From: Octopus sinensis
Lineage: Eukaryota
Direction of reading: 5' to 3'
NCBI RefSeq assembly: GCF_006345805.1
Contig: NC_043000.1
Location: 104,656,001 to 104,720,000 of the forward strand
Length of the DNA: 64,000 bases
Below are positions 12,195 through 22,918 of the stretch, one piece after another. The stretch's first letter is position 1. Each line of letters opens with the position of its first letter. The notes beneath the pieces are model-generated. The model ran no database searches and had not been told where the DNA came from. It saw only the letters and a program-made list of their open reading frames with translations. Made by a program: the position numbers and the translations under genes.

Positions 12195-12948
12195 AAATTC
12201 CTCAGTTTCATTGGTAACACATGCAAAACTTCCATTATCAAAAGTGCATTGTTTCGTTTGGCATTGTATGTACGCATGTATGTGTGTATGTGTGTGTGTG
12301 TGTGGGGGGGGGGGCTCTTACCCTGAATCAGTCTCATGTCCTTCCGCTCCTGTAAGGTCTTCGATTAAAAGAGATATGTAGTCAGGATGCCGCAAATCAT
12401 CAAGACTTGTGGCACCCCGACTACATATCTCATCTCGTCACCTCTGCACTGATGATCTACTTATTCTGTGATACAAAGAGGGCAAAATTCCAGGTACCAA
12501 CATCATGGTTGATACATCAGACCGTCACAAATGTGTTTTGTTGACTTAAGTGTTGGGCAACAAATGCAAGAGTGAATGTGTATCTTACAATTTCAGCTTG
12601 TCTTCTTGAGTGTCCTTGGTTCTAAATCCCAAGCAGACAACCTAGTAGCTCATAATGCGTTTTTCTCTACATGTCAGACAGGGCCTCGTGCGGTAGCTAT
12701 TTCATTGATAAGTGAAAGCCTCCTCCACCATAAATTTTATAGAATGCACAAACATGCGACTTACATCTTTGCTTATTGTATATATTATTCTGCTAAGGAG
12801 AGACTGCATAACTTGACATAATTTTCTCAGACTATCCATTTTTTCTTTTAGTTGAGTTTATGTAAAATTCCTCAGTTTCATTGGTAACACATGCGAAACT
12901 TCCATTATCAAAAGTGCATTGTTTCGCTTGGCATTGTATGTACGCACG

Positions 12949-12960
<12 letters not shown>
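12195..12960. repeat. ~90-bp direct repeat pair (12195-12285 and 12865-12955) flanking a ~580-bp segment
   Basis: AAATTCCTCAGTTTCATTGGTAACACATGC(A/G)AAACTTCCATTATCAAAAGTGCATTGTTTCG(T/C)TTGGCATTGTATGTACGCA occurs twice, 670 bp apart. Confidence 0.9.
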
Positions 12961-13030
<70 letters not shown>

Positions 13031-13444
13031 AGGTATGTGCGAATATCGTCGTCGATGAAGTTGTTGTTGTTGCCAAAAATATCGATAGCATTATTCATAT
13101 TAGTGGTGCTTTCAATGGAGTAGTTGTTGAATTCTTTTTTTTACATTTTCCCAACGTTTGTGTCTTACTATAGAATGCTTTCTTAATTTTTGTGTATTCT
13201 GTCTGTGATATTCTTGGCTTTTAATTTTTCTTTCTTGGAAGTTACTAGGACTTCTCGCGGCCATTTTTTATATGTAGACAAAATAACAAAAAAATATAAA
13301 CCTTATTTTTTCTCAGAACCTTTTATGGATAGACCTTCAAAAGTTATTCAAAATTTACTGTGTTCGAATAAGTTAAAAAATACTATTCTATGTAGTATTT
13401 TAGGAGATGCAAATCATTTGCTTCGAGGAATGATTGGAAAAACG

Positions 13445-13454
13445 AATAATAATA

Positions 13455-13486
<32 letters not shown>

Positions 13487-13519
13487 AACAACAGCAACAA
13501 CAACAACAACAACAATAAC

Positions 13520-13608
<89 letters not shown>

Positions 13609-14155
13609 GGGACTCCCCGTCGATGACGACGTATGAGTGTTCAGCTTTTGCCGAACGACTTGTACAAATGATTTGTTTATAGTGGTCAAATGCATGTGCC
13701 GTACATTAGCGCCCTCTCTCCATCAAATCGACGTTGTCTGAACAGGTATACTGTGTACTACGAGTCAGATGTCGAAGTGACCGAAGAACAACGCGAGATG
13801 AAGTGTTTTTGCTCAAGAACACAACACACCAACTGGTTTAGATATTCAAAGCACGATCTCGCAAACGTGAGTGCAGCACCCTAACCATTATTATTATTAT
13901 TGTTGTTGTTGTTGTTGTTGTTATTATTATTATTGTTGTTGTTGTTGTTGTTGTAGTTGTTATTATTGTTGTTGTTGTTGTTGTTGTTATTATCATTATT
14001 ATTATTATTGTTGTTGTTGTTGTTGTTGTTGTTATTATTATTATTATTGTTATTGTTGTTGTTATTGTTGTTGTTGTTGTTGTTGTTGTTATTATTATTG
14101 TTGTTGTTGTTGTTGTTGTTATTCATGATGATGATGATAATAATAATAATAACAA
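13445..14155. repeat. Compound trinucleotide microsatellites (AAT/GAT/AAC; TTA/TTG) with a SINE family C head (minus, about 13780-13890)
   Basis: Read directly from the sequence. The poly-N, -D, -C and -L ORFs are translations of these repeats. Confidence 0.9.
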
Positions 14156-14883
14156 TATTATATTTAGAAATTTTTAAATATTTAAAATTTAAAATTTTAA
14201 TTACATATACATCCCTATTTATAAAAGACCTCTCTCTAAATGCACATTGCTGTTTTCTTCTCGGGCTCTCGCTGATACATCAATAATAATTATAACTACG
14301 AAAGAAACATCAACACATGTCCATAGACAGTGTTCAGTTAAAAAAAGTAAACGCTGTAAAAACGAACCCATAACAAAACCAACCAAAAGAGAAAGAACGG
14401 TGGACAGATAACCATAAATACTATGAAATAGTTGATTTATGATTTACATACTACTATGCAGCACTTCTCCAAAAGCATACAGGAATAAACTCATACTGTA
14501 GATACCCAACAAAATGAACAGGACCCACGGGATGTGCCGTAGAAGGTCAATACCCGACAGAAGAACACAACCTGCGCTGCACAAACAACACACGATACAC
14601 AAACTAATACAACAGAAAAATCAAACCAAGCCCCATAACAAAACATACTGATACAATACAACATCTCCCACCCCAAAAAACGTAGCACACACAATTCCAC
14701 CAGCACAAAGGTGCAACGAATGATGCAATAGAAAGTTGCTTGAAACTATCAAATGTCGAAAAATAATAGTAGTGATGACGATGTTGACGAACGTTACCAT
14801 ACCTCATTTTATGAGAGAGAGGATTTTCCGAAAAACTCTTGTTGTAATAGCGAAAATGAAGCTAGACCTTTAAAGGAAGGCCT

Positions 14884-16543
14884 TTCTGATGTGTTGTCTA
14901 TTCTGTATCTTATGTAATTTGTTCTTAGCGCTTGCTCTTGGGTAGCACAGATTAGAGACTCCGTTTTCAGTTTTAAATCCCTTTTAGTCATTCACAGCCA
15001 TCTTTTTTCTCTGTCTGTCTTATCTTCAACATCCCTATGAAATTGTCCATGCATTCTTATCTTTACCCACCTATTTTCAGTTTCATTCGATTTCAATTGC
15101 TTGTACATTGCTTTATCTTTGCAATCTTTCAGCATACACAGGCCCGACCTTCTTACTTCTAACAATAGCGGTTCTGTAGCATTTTTTACATACCATGCTA
15201 TGTTGTTTTCTTCTACTCTAATGCTGTGTTCCCATCCAATAAGTCCTCTCCTCCTTCTTTTTCTTGGTACATACAGTCCTGTCTGTGTCACTTTTTGGGT
15301 GGAGCTACACATATATAGTTAGCAACTTCTTTGTCTTTCTGACTAAGCTGTTTAGTTTGTATACTGTCCATGTGATTACCCCTGCTCCATGTCAAAGGAG
15401 TGAAACCGCCCAGGTGTTGATAGCTTCAATCCTATTCCGTCCGTTTAATTTCGACTTAAGGATCAGTCTTAGTCTGCGCAGGTACTCCACCTTAAACTTT
15501 TCTGTCATTTCTTTCTCCATCAATTTATCCATTTCCAAAATCCCCAAGTTCTTATAGCCCATCTCTTCTGTTTCATAACCTCCCAACCCCCGACGGTATC
15601 GATAGCCAGTCCATAAATTTGATTTTGCCTCTCTTCAAGACAAACATACTACACTTTCTTAGTCCGAACTCCATTCTGATATCAATACTGAAAGTATACA
15701 CCGTATCAACGACGGAACTGACTTTGGATGCATCGTAACAATAAAGTTTGAGGTCATCCATGAATAACAAATGGTCGACTTTTTGTTGGCGGCTTTTGAA
15801 TACATACCGAGATTTTGCTTTCCTCAGAATCAGTGTTAGTGGTATCAAGCACAGTACAAAGATCAGTGGGGACAGGTAATCCCCTTGGAAGATGCCCCTC
15901 CTGATTTCTACTGTCCCTAAACTTCTTCCGTATGTTATCAGGTCCGTCCTTCAACTCGCCATACTTTTTCCAAGCAATCACTCAACATTCGATGCAATAC
16001 CAATAGGTATTGCATCGAATACCTATTCGCAGCGTACACAGAATTACCCATCATACATTCCATAATCCAAGAATGTGGTATCATATCGTACGCCTTACGA
16101 TAGTCGATCCATGACATGGCTAAGTTACTTTTCCTCTTCTTGCAGTCTCTAAATACAGTTTTGTCTATCAGGAGTTGATCCTTGGTACCTCTGCACTTAC
16201 GCTTGCAAACGTTCTGCTCATGTGGCGGGGCACCATTTTTTTCCAGATGTTCGTACATTGTCTCTGCGAGTATTCCAGTCAATAATTTCCACATAAGTAG
16301 CAAGCAGGATATCGGCCTGTAATTGTCTACCGTATTGCTTTTTTCCATGTTTTTCAAGTATAGCACTGTCTTACCTAATGTCAACCACTCTGGTGTTACT
16401 TGGTCGATATTTAACAAGGAGTTGAGTTGCGCAGCTGTTTGTGCATGACATTCACCAAATCTTTTGATCCAGTAGCCTTGAATTCCATCTGGTCCCGGGG
16501 CCTTCCAGTTGCTCATTTTTTTTGCTGATTTCCTTCTTTCCTA
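14884..16543 (-). mobile_element. R4/Dong-like non-LTR retrotransposon RT fragment (truncated at both ends, frameshifted)
   Basis: Minus-strand motifs WKAPGPDGIQGYWIK, NYRPISCL, RGTKDQLLIDK, WIDYRKAYDMIPHSWI, GIFQGD.LSP, HLLFMDDLKLY, EFGLRKC and TESLICATQEQAL. The 5' end abuts a (TAA)n tract at 16544-16601. Confidence 0.88.
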
Positions 16544-16603
<60 letters not shown>

Positions 16604-16606
16604 GTA

Positions 16607-16811
16607 AGGCAGTTAGAATCGTTAGTAAGCAGGGCACAATGCATAGCGGTATTTCGTGTGCTCCTCCGTTCTGAGTTCAAATACCGCCGAGGTTGACTTT
16701 CCTTTCATCCTTTTGAGGTCGATAAATTAAGTACCAGTGAAACACTGGGGTCGATGTAATCGACTAGTACTGTCCCCCCAAATTCCAAGCCTTGTGCCTT
16801 TAGTAGAAAGG

Positions 16812-16813
<2 letters not shown>
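16607..16813 (+). mobile_element. tRNA-derived SINE family A (central domain resembling the MetaSINE domain), inserted within (TTA)n
   Basis: GAGTTCAAAT B-box, central GCCGAGGTTGACTTT..CCTTTCATCC..GGTCGATAAATTAAGTACCAG, and tail ..GCCTTGTGCCTTTAGTAGAAAGG running into (ATT)n. Confidence 0.85.
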
Positions 16814-16891
<78 letters not shown>

Positions 16892-16994
16892 CACATGATT
16901 TCCTTTTTTCGGACTAAGTTCAAATACACCGACATAGTTGATAATCTGGCTTTAACCAGACTGGCAGAATTCTATCAAATACATATTTGATTTA

Positions 16995-17105
16995 GTCGGC
17001 CGAAGGCTATAGTGGAAGACAGTTGCTCAAGGTGTCACGCAGTGGGACTGAACCCGGAACCACGTGGTTGGAAAGCAAGCTTCTTATCACACAGCCACCC
17101 CTGCG

Positions 17106-17164
<59 letters not shown>

Positions 17165-17370
17165 ATTTCTGACTGTGTTTGTCCTCCTACTATCGCTTGA
17201 CAATCGATGTTGGTGTGTTTACGTCCCCATAACATAGTGGTTCAGCAAAATAGACCGATAGAATAAGGACCAGGCTTACAAAGAGTAAGTCCAGGAGTCG
17301 ATTTTTTCGGCTAAAAGGTGGTGATCCAGCATGGCCACCGTCAAAATGATATGCAAGTAAAAGAATAAAA
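16995..17370. mobile_element. SINE family B copy with inverted head (16995-17107, minus) and forward tail (17165-17370)
   Basis: The first block is the reverse complement of the head at 37647-37760. After (TA)n(TG)n the family tail continues in the plus orientation. Confidence 0.75.
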
Positions 17371-17786
17371 GGAGTGGCTGTGTGGTAAGTAGCTTGCTAA
17401 TCAACCACATGGTTCCGGGTTCAGTCCCACTGCGTGGCATCTTGAGCAAGTGTCTTCTGCTATAGCCCCGGGCCGACCAATGCCTTGTGAGTGGATTTGG
17501 TAGACGGAAACTGAAAGAAGCCTGTCGTATATATATATATACATATATATGTATGTGTGTGTGTGTGTGTTTGTGTGTCTAAGTTTGTCCCCCTAGCATT
17601 GCTTGACAACCGATGCTGGTGTGTTTACGTTCCCGTCACTTAGCGGTTCGGCTAAAGACCGATACAATAAGTACTGGGCTTACAAAGAATAAGTCCCGGT
17701 GTCGATTTGCTCGACTAAAGGCGGTGCTCCAGCATGGCCGCAGTCAAATGACTGAAACAAGTAAAAGAGTAAAGGAGTAAAGAGTA
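17371..17786 (+). mobile_element. tRNA-derived SINE family B, near full length
   Basis: A-box-like GTGGCTGTGTGGTAAG, B-box-like GGGTTCAGTCCC, an internal (TA)(TG) microsatellite and a (GTAAAAGA)n tail. Near-identical to 34943-35340 and 37647-38060. Confidence 0.9.
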
Positions 17787-17978
17787 TATGAGTTTGAAGC
17801 GATATATAATCCAGGAGGATACCGTATTAGCACTCAGTTAAGTTCCAGTTAACGGCTAACCACTTTGATCAGTATTTGACGTCTGTACTAGTCACTTTGT
17901 GAATTCTCCTGATGGGTAATTCTGTGTACGCTTTGCTGGAGGCTAAAAATAGTTAAAATTTATATTATTATTAATAAT

Positions 17979-18012
<34 letters not shown>

Positions 18013-18089
18013 TGTGTGTATGTGTACATGCGTGTGTGTGTATAAATATATATGTATGTGAGTGTGTATGTATCTATGTATGCATGTGA

Positions 18090-18208
18090 AGAGATGTGGT
18101 CTAGTCGCTAGGGTATAGCATTCGTGATCGCTAGATCTTGTCTTCGATTCCCAGACCGGACGGTGCATTGTGTTCTTGAGCAAAACCTTTCATTTCCCGT
18201 TGCTCTGC
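18090..18208 (+). mobile_element. tRNA-derived SINE family C head (diverged)
   Basis: TGTGGTCTAGTCGCTAGG...TTCGATTCCC..TTGTGTTCTTGAGCAAAAC..TTCATTTC..GTTGCTC. It matches reverse-strand copies at about 13780-13890 and 37095-37146. Confidence 0.6.
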
Positions 18209-19097
18209 GAGTGGGAGAGTGACAGAATCGTCGGTGCGTCGGCAGAAATGTTTTACATTCTAGGTTCAAATCCCACCTGCCTGGGGAAGCTACTCCAGTA
18301 TTCATTCCAAGTCTAGTCATGGTAGCCGAAGTTTCAGAAATCTACTCCCAGGTTACATAGAGAATATGTATATAGAGAATATATATATATATATATATAT
18401 ATAATATTTGTATATATACATGTCGACCTTGACATTAAAATCAGTAAACACTATGCTTTTTCGGTAAAATCCGAAGCATTAATAGAGAGAGATGAATTAT
18501 AATTTCAACAATGAGGGTAAAATTAATTAATATTAATCAATTTCACCAAAGTATTCAGTATGTAAAGGGACCAATTTAAGGCGAATTCAAATTATTACAT
18601 TATATAAAAAGGCTTAGTAAAATAAATTACCCCCATACTTTCGTGAGTTGAATTGAGCAAAACTATATGAGAGAGATTTTCTTTAAGTATTAGAAATAGT
18701 TTTAAAAAAGTTTTTTTAGCTACTATTTCTAATGAGTTCAGTATGTGGCAAAGTAATTTATTTTACTAAGCCCTTTATAATGTAATAATTTGAATTCGCC
18801 TTAAATGGTCCCTTACATACTGAATATTGGTGAAATTGATTAATAATTAATAAATTTTACCTCAATTGTTGAAATTATAATTCATCTCTCTCTATTTAAT
18901 GCTTCGGATATTTTACCGAAAAAGCATAGTGTTTACTGATTTTAACCCACGCTGTTGAAAGGGGAGAGCAAGAAATTCTTCGCTTGCATATTTTGGGTTT
19001 GCTGGCACTGTTAGTTTCGAGCAGATCTTCAGAAGCGATAGAAAGCCGAAAGGTATGCTCCCACTTTCAGTGTTTTCAAATCCAAACCAAGGAGTTC

Positions 19098-19149
19098 TGA
19101 GCTGATGAAGATAATGTCGAGTTGACTAATCTTGAAACGTACGTTCTCA
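19098..19149 (+). ncRNA. Type I hammerhead ribozyme, copy 1
   Basis: TGAG-CTGATGA-AGAT-AATGTCGAGTTGACTA-ATCT-T-GAAA-C-GTAC-GTT-CTCA. Stem I TGAG/CTCA, stem II AGAT/ATCT with inner GTCG/TGAC, palindromic stem III ACGTACGT, predicted cleavage after GUU (19145). Confidence 0.85.
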
Positions 19150-19656
19150 ATAACCTTTGCATTTGATTTTTTAATGTCTTTACCCCCATACTTTCGTGAG
19201 TTGAATTGAGCAAACACTATATGAGAGAGATTTTCTTTAAGTATTAGAAATAGTTTTAAAAAAGTTTTTTTAGCTACTATTTCTAATGAGTTCAGTATGT
19301 GGCAAAGTAATTTATTTTACTAAGCCCTTTTATATAATGTAATAATTTGAATTCGCCTTAAATGGTCCCTTTACATACTGAATACTTGGTGAAATTGATT
19401 AATAATTAATTAATTTTACCCTCAATTGTTGAAATTATAATTCATCTCTCTCTATTTAATGCTTCGGATTTTACCGAAAAAGCATAGTGTTTACTGATTT
19501 TAACCCACGCTGGTTGAAAGGGGAGAGCAGAAATTCTTCGCTTGCATATTTTGGGTTTGCTGGCACTGTTAGTTTCGAGCAGATCTTCAGAAGCGATAAG
19601 AAGCCGAAAGGGTATGCTCCCACTTTCAGTGTTTTCAAATCCAAACCAAGGAGTTC

Positions 19657-19708
19657 TGAGCTGATGATAGAAATGTCGAGTTGACTAATCTTGAAACGTA
19701 CGTTCTCA
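19657..19708 (+). ncRNA. Type I hammerhead ribozyme, copy 2
   Basis: TGAG-CTGATGA-TAGAAATGTCGAGTTGACTAATCTT-GAAA-CGTACGTT-CTCA. Same core as copy 1, but the 5' arm of stem II differs slightly. Predicted cleavage after 19704. Confidence 0.75.
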
Positions 19709-20002
19709 AATACCTTTGCATTTGATTTTTTAATGTCTTTACCCCCATACTTTCGTGAGTTGAATGAGCAAACACTATATGAGAGAGATTTTCTTTAAGT
19801 ATTAGAAATAGTTTTAAAAAAGTTTTTTTAGCTACTATTTCTAATGAGTTCAGTATGTGGCAAAGTAATTTATTTTACTAAGCCCTTTTATATAATGTAA
19901 TAATTTGAATTCGCCTTAAATGGTCCCTTTACATACTGAATACTTGGTGAAATTGATTAATAATTAATTAATTTTACCCTCAATTGTTGAAATTATATAT
20001 AT

Positions 20003-20045
<43 letters not shown>

Positions 20046-20047
<2 letters not shown>

Positions 20048-21200
20048 CAAAATGGGACAAGAACGCAAAACAACTAGACAGATAGGTGATACAAAAAGGG
20101 ACAACAAAGCATCCAGATAGACGGTACAAAGAAAACAAGGACGGAAAAAACGGAGAAAATTACACAAATACAAATAACAGGACATAACAACAGGTGTCTT
20201 TCGACTAAGGACGAATTGAATTAAGCTGGCGTGCGTGGAAGTAAAGCCTTACAGCTTTACTTCCACATGTGTGTGAAATATAATGTAAAATCAAAAACTA
20301 CTAAAAAAGCAACTTGGAAGGTAAGAAGAATGTGGGATTAGCTTAACGCTTGAATTAAGTGCTTGAAACAATAAGAAGCGTCTTGATTTTTCGGAATTAG
20401 GCGCTTCTTCACGAACAAAATTAGAAACATGTATGGCTGAGATTTAAGAAGGGAGGTGAGGTATATGTATGCACCTAGCAGTGGGCAAACGGGGTATGAT
20501 TTTGGCGTATGCGTTTGGCTGTGTGGCTGTACGTATGAGTATAGATGTATATAAATGTGTGAATTTGGAGGCTTTTGGTGATGGGCGTATGGAATCGTTG
20601 TCAGTATTATAAAGGCTTAGTGTGAAACTTTGTGAGTATGTGCCTGGTAAAGGTGTCGAAGGAGTGATGTAGATTGGTATGGAGAATTGCACGCGTGTGC
20701 AATGTTATTCGTGTGTACGATGTTATTTTTGTTTGCGTGCCTGTATAGTGTTATAGCGTGGTATGATGGAAAAGAGTATTTCTGTGGACATGCGATAGCA
20801 AAAAAAGATCGAAGAAGAATAAGATTAAATCAGAGAACAAAATATTCGAGATGGTAAAAGTCCAAGATCATGTTCAATGACCGTAGATCCAAGAAGATTT
20901 TTTTTAAAGCGTAGGTAAGTAGAAAACTAAATACGCTTACTAGAACGATGAGAAATGTTTGACGGAAGAGAGGATGAAGAACAAAATTGTTCTTTATCGA
21001 GACGCTTGCAAAGGCAAAAGGAAGAATATATAAATGGCTGCGTGAGTGGGACTAATTGGTAATTGAGTTGGTAAGGTCAAGAAATCGAGTGACAAGTAGA
21101 ATGGAAAGAGAGTAAATGTGAGGGTTTCAAAAATGCGAAACATAACAAGGATGGTTAAAGACTAAAAGCCAGTGCGTGTATGCGCAAACTGTTGCATTTG
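20046..21200 (-). mobile_element. Probable PLE-derived fragment (non-coding tail plus degenerate upstream region)
   Basis: The minus-strand tail (..CCGTCCTTGTTTTCTTTGTACCGTC..TTTTGCGTTCTTGTCCCATTTTG into (TA)n) resembles 51826-51885. A perfect fold-back GTGGAAGTAAAGC-CTTACA-GCTTTACTTCCAC at 20235-20266 marks a junction. Confidence 0.45.
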
Positions 21201-21274
21201 TTATGTGTATGTGTGTGTGTTGATGATGTGTGTGTGAACTGCAAACAGCTTACATATGTATGTATCTCTCTCTC

Positions 21275-21278
<4 letters not shown>

Positions 21279-21328
<50 letters not shown>

Positions 21329-21338
21329 ATATATTATT

Positions 21339-21371
<33 letters not shown>

Positions 21372-21469
21372 TATATATATATATATCATATATATATATA
21401 TATATATAATGTATATATATATATATATATTATATATCTATATTTATACTATATATATAATATATATAT

Positions 21470-21501
<32 letters not shown>

Positions 21502-21528
21502 ATTATATATATAATTATATATATATAT

Positions 21529-21566
<38 letters not shown>

Positions 21567-21590
21567 TATATATAATATATATATATATAG

Positions 21591-21645
<55 letters not shown>
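21279..21645. repeat. Long degenerate (TA)n microsatellite
   Basis: Read directly from the sequence; one of many (TA)n, (CA)n and (TACA)n tracts in the window. Confidence 0.95.
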
Positions 21646-21647
<2 letters not shown>

Positions 21648-22918
21648 TAGGTTGTTCCAAAAATAATCGCCGATTTGAGAAACAATTTTATTCTGGAAAA
21701 ATTAACAATAGAAATATTTGATTAGTCAAAGTATGGGCCGTGAACATGCATCTCTGCTATCGATCAACGAGATTATTTATGCCACATTGATGAAAACTTA
21801 TTGGCTTTGATGCTAAGAAATATTTGAAAGTTGATTCCACCTCTCGTTTGGATCTGAAAGTTTTATCACTTAAAAACGTGTTTAAATGCTTTAAGAAATG
21901 GTAGTCACTGGGTGAAAGATCAGGAGAATATGGAGGATGTGGTAAAGTCCCGCATCCCAAGTCTGTGAGTTTCTTCAGCATCATTCTTGCTACATGTGGC
22001 TTTTCATTACCGTGGGGCAGAATTGGGCCACACCGATTCACCAATGCAGGTTTCATTTTTAAAGTGAGCATGCATTTCAGCGAGTTGATTGCAGTAAAAC
22101 TCTGCTGTAATGCTCTGTTTGGCTTCCAGAAAGCTGCAATGGACAACATCCATTGCAGACCACCAGACAGTCACCATAGTCTTTTGCTGATGCAAGTTTG
22201 GCTTTAGGAAATGTTTGGGGGACTCATCACAATCGAGCCATCGACCCGATCGTTTACTGTTATCATAAAGGATCTACTTTTCATCACAAGTGACTATTCG
22301 GTTAAGAAAAGGATCATTGGTATTTCGCAGAAAGAGCATCGAGCACACTTCAAAACGCCGAACTTTTTGATTTCCATTGAGCTCATGCAGTACCCACTTA
22401 TCGAGCTTTTTCACCTTACCAATCTTCTACAGATTGTGTGAGACCGTTGCAACACCGACACCAAATGCTTGAGACGTTTCTCCGACACATTGACGTGGGT
22501 TTTGTTCAACAATTGCTTTCAATTGTTCATTATCAAGACTGCAAGACCGTCCTCTACCTTCTTCATCTTCAAGGTTCTCATCACCACTATGGAATTTCTG
22601 AAACCACTTTCGTACTGTGTGATCACTTGTGGACCCCTCTCCCCATGCTCTGCTGATATTGGCAGCAATTTGGGAGGCATTGTGCCCAAGCTTGAACTTA
22701 TGCAAGAAAAGTAAGCGAAGGTCTTTTTTGTCATGTTCATAATTAAGGGCGCCTGTGCTTCAAAAATATGTTCTGTCTGAAATAAGTAGAAAATTATTGA
22801 AGAACATACATCAATTATTAAGTATGTCGAAAGCCACCTAAAATCTAATTAAAATGCTATGATAAAATTGCGTTCCAAAACACAACACTTAGAACGGCCA
22901 TTATTTTCGGAACAACTT
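21648..22918 (-). mobile_element. Full-length defective mariner (DD34D-type) transposon, ~1.27 kb
   Basis: TIRs TAGGTTGTTCCAAAAATAATCGCCG and CGGCCATTATTTTCGGAACAAC. Transposase fragments from ATG ~22740: HKFKLGHNASQIAANISRAWGEG, WFQKF, WVLHEL, HGNEKPH, PHPPYSPDLSPSDYHF. Frameshifted. Confidence 0.93.

Larger units (their letters stand above)
18435..19997 (+). mobile_element. Retrozyme-like / non-autonomous PLE-associated tandem array: ~2.4 x 553-559 bp hammerhead-bearing units plus a 5' inverted segment
   Basis: The unit marker ACCCCCATAC occurs at 18629, 19182 and 19741. 18435-18630 is the reverse complement of about 18752-18944. Hammerheads lie at 19098-19149 and 19657-19708. There is no meaningful ORF and the 3' end runs into (TA)n. 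Confidence 0.8.

Noticed and set aside
14330-14880. A-rich segment possibly encoding a LINE N-terminus (..RWTD..YYYAALL..)
   Set aside because: The similarity is too short and frameshifted to assign without an alignment.
17371-17445. tRNA-like sequence in SINE heads
   Set aside because: Only A- and B-box-like motifs are present, continuing into a repeated SINE body. There is no complete cloverleaf.
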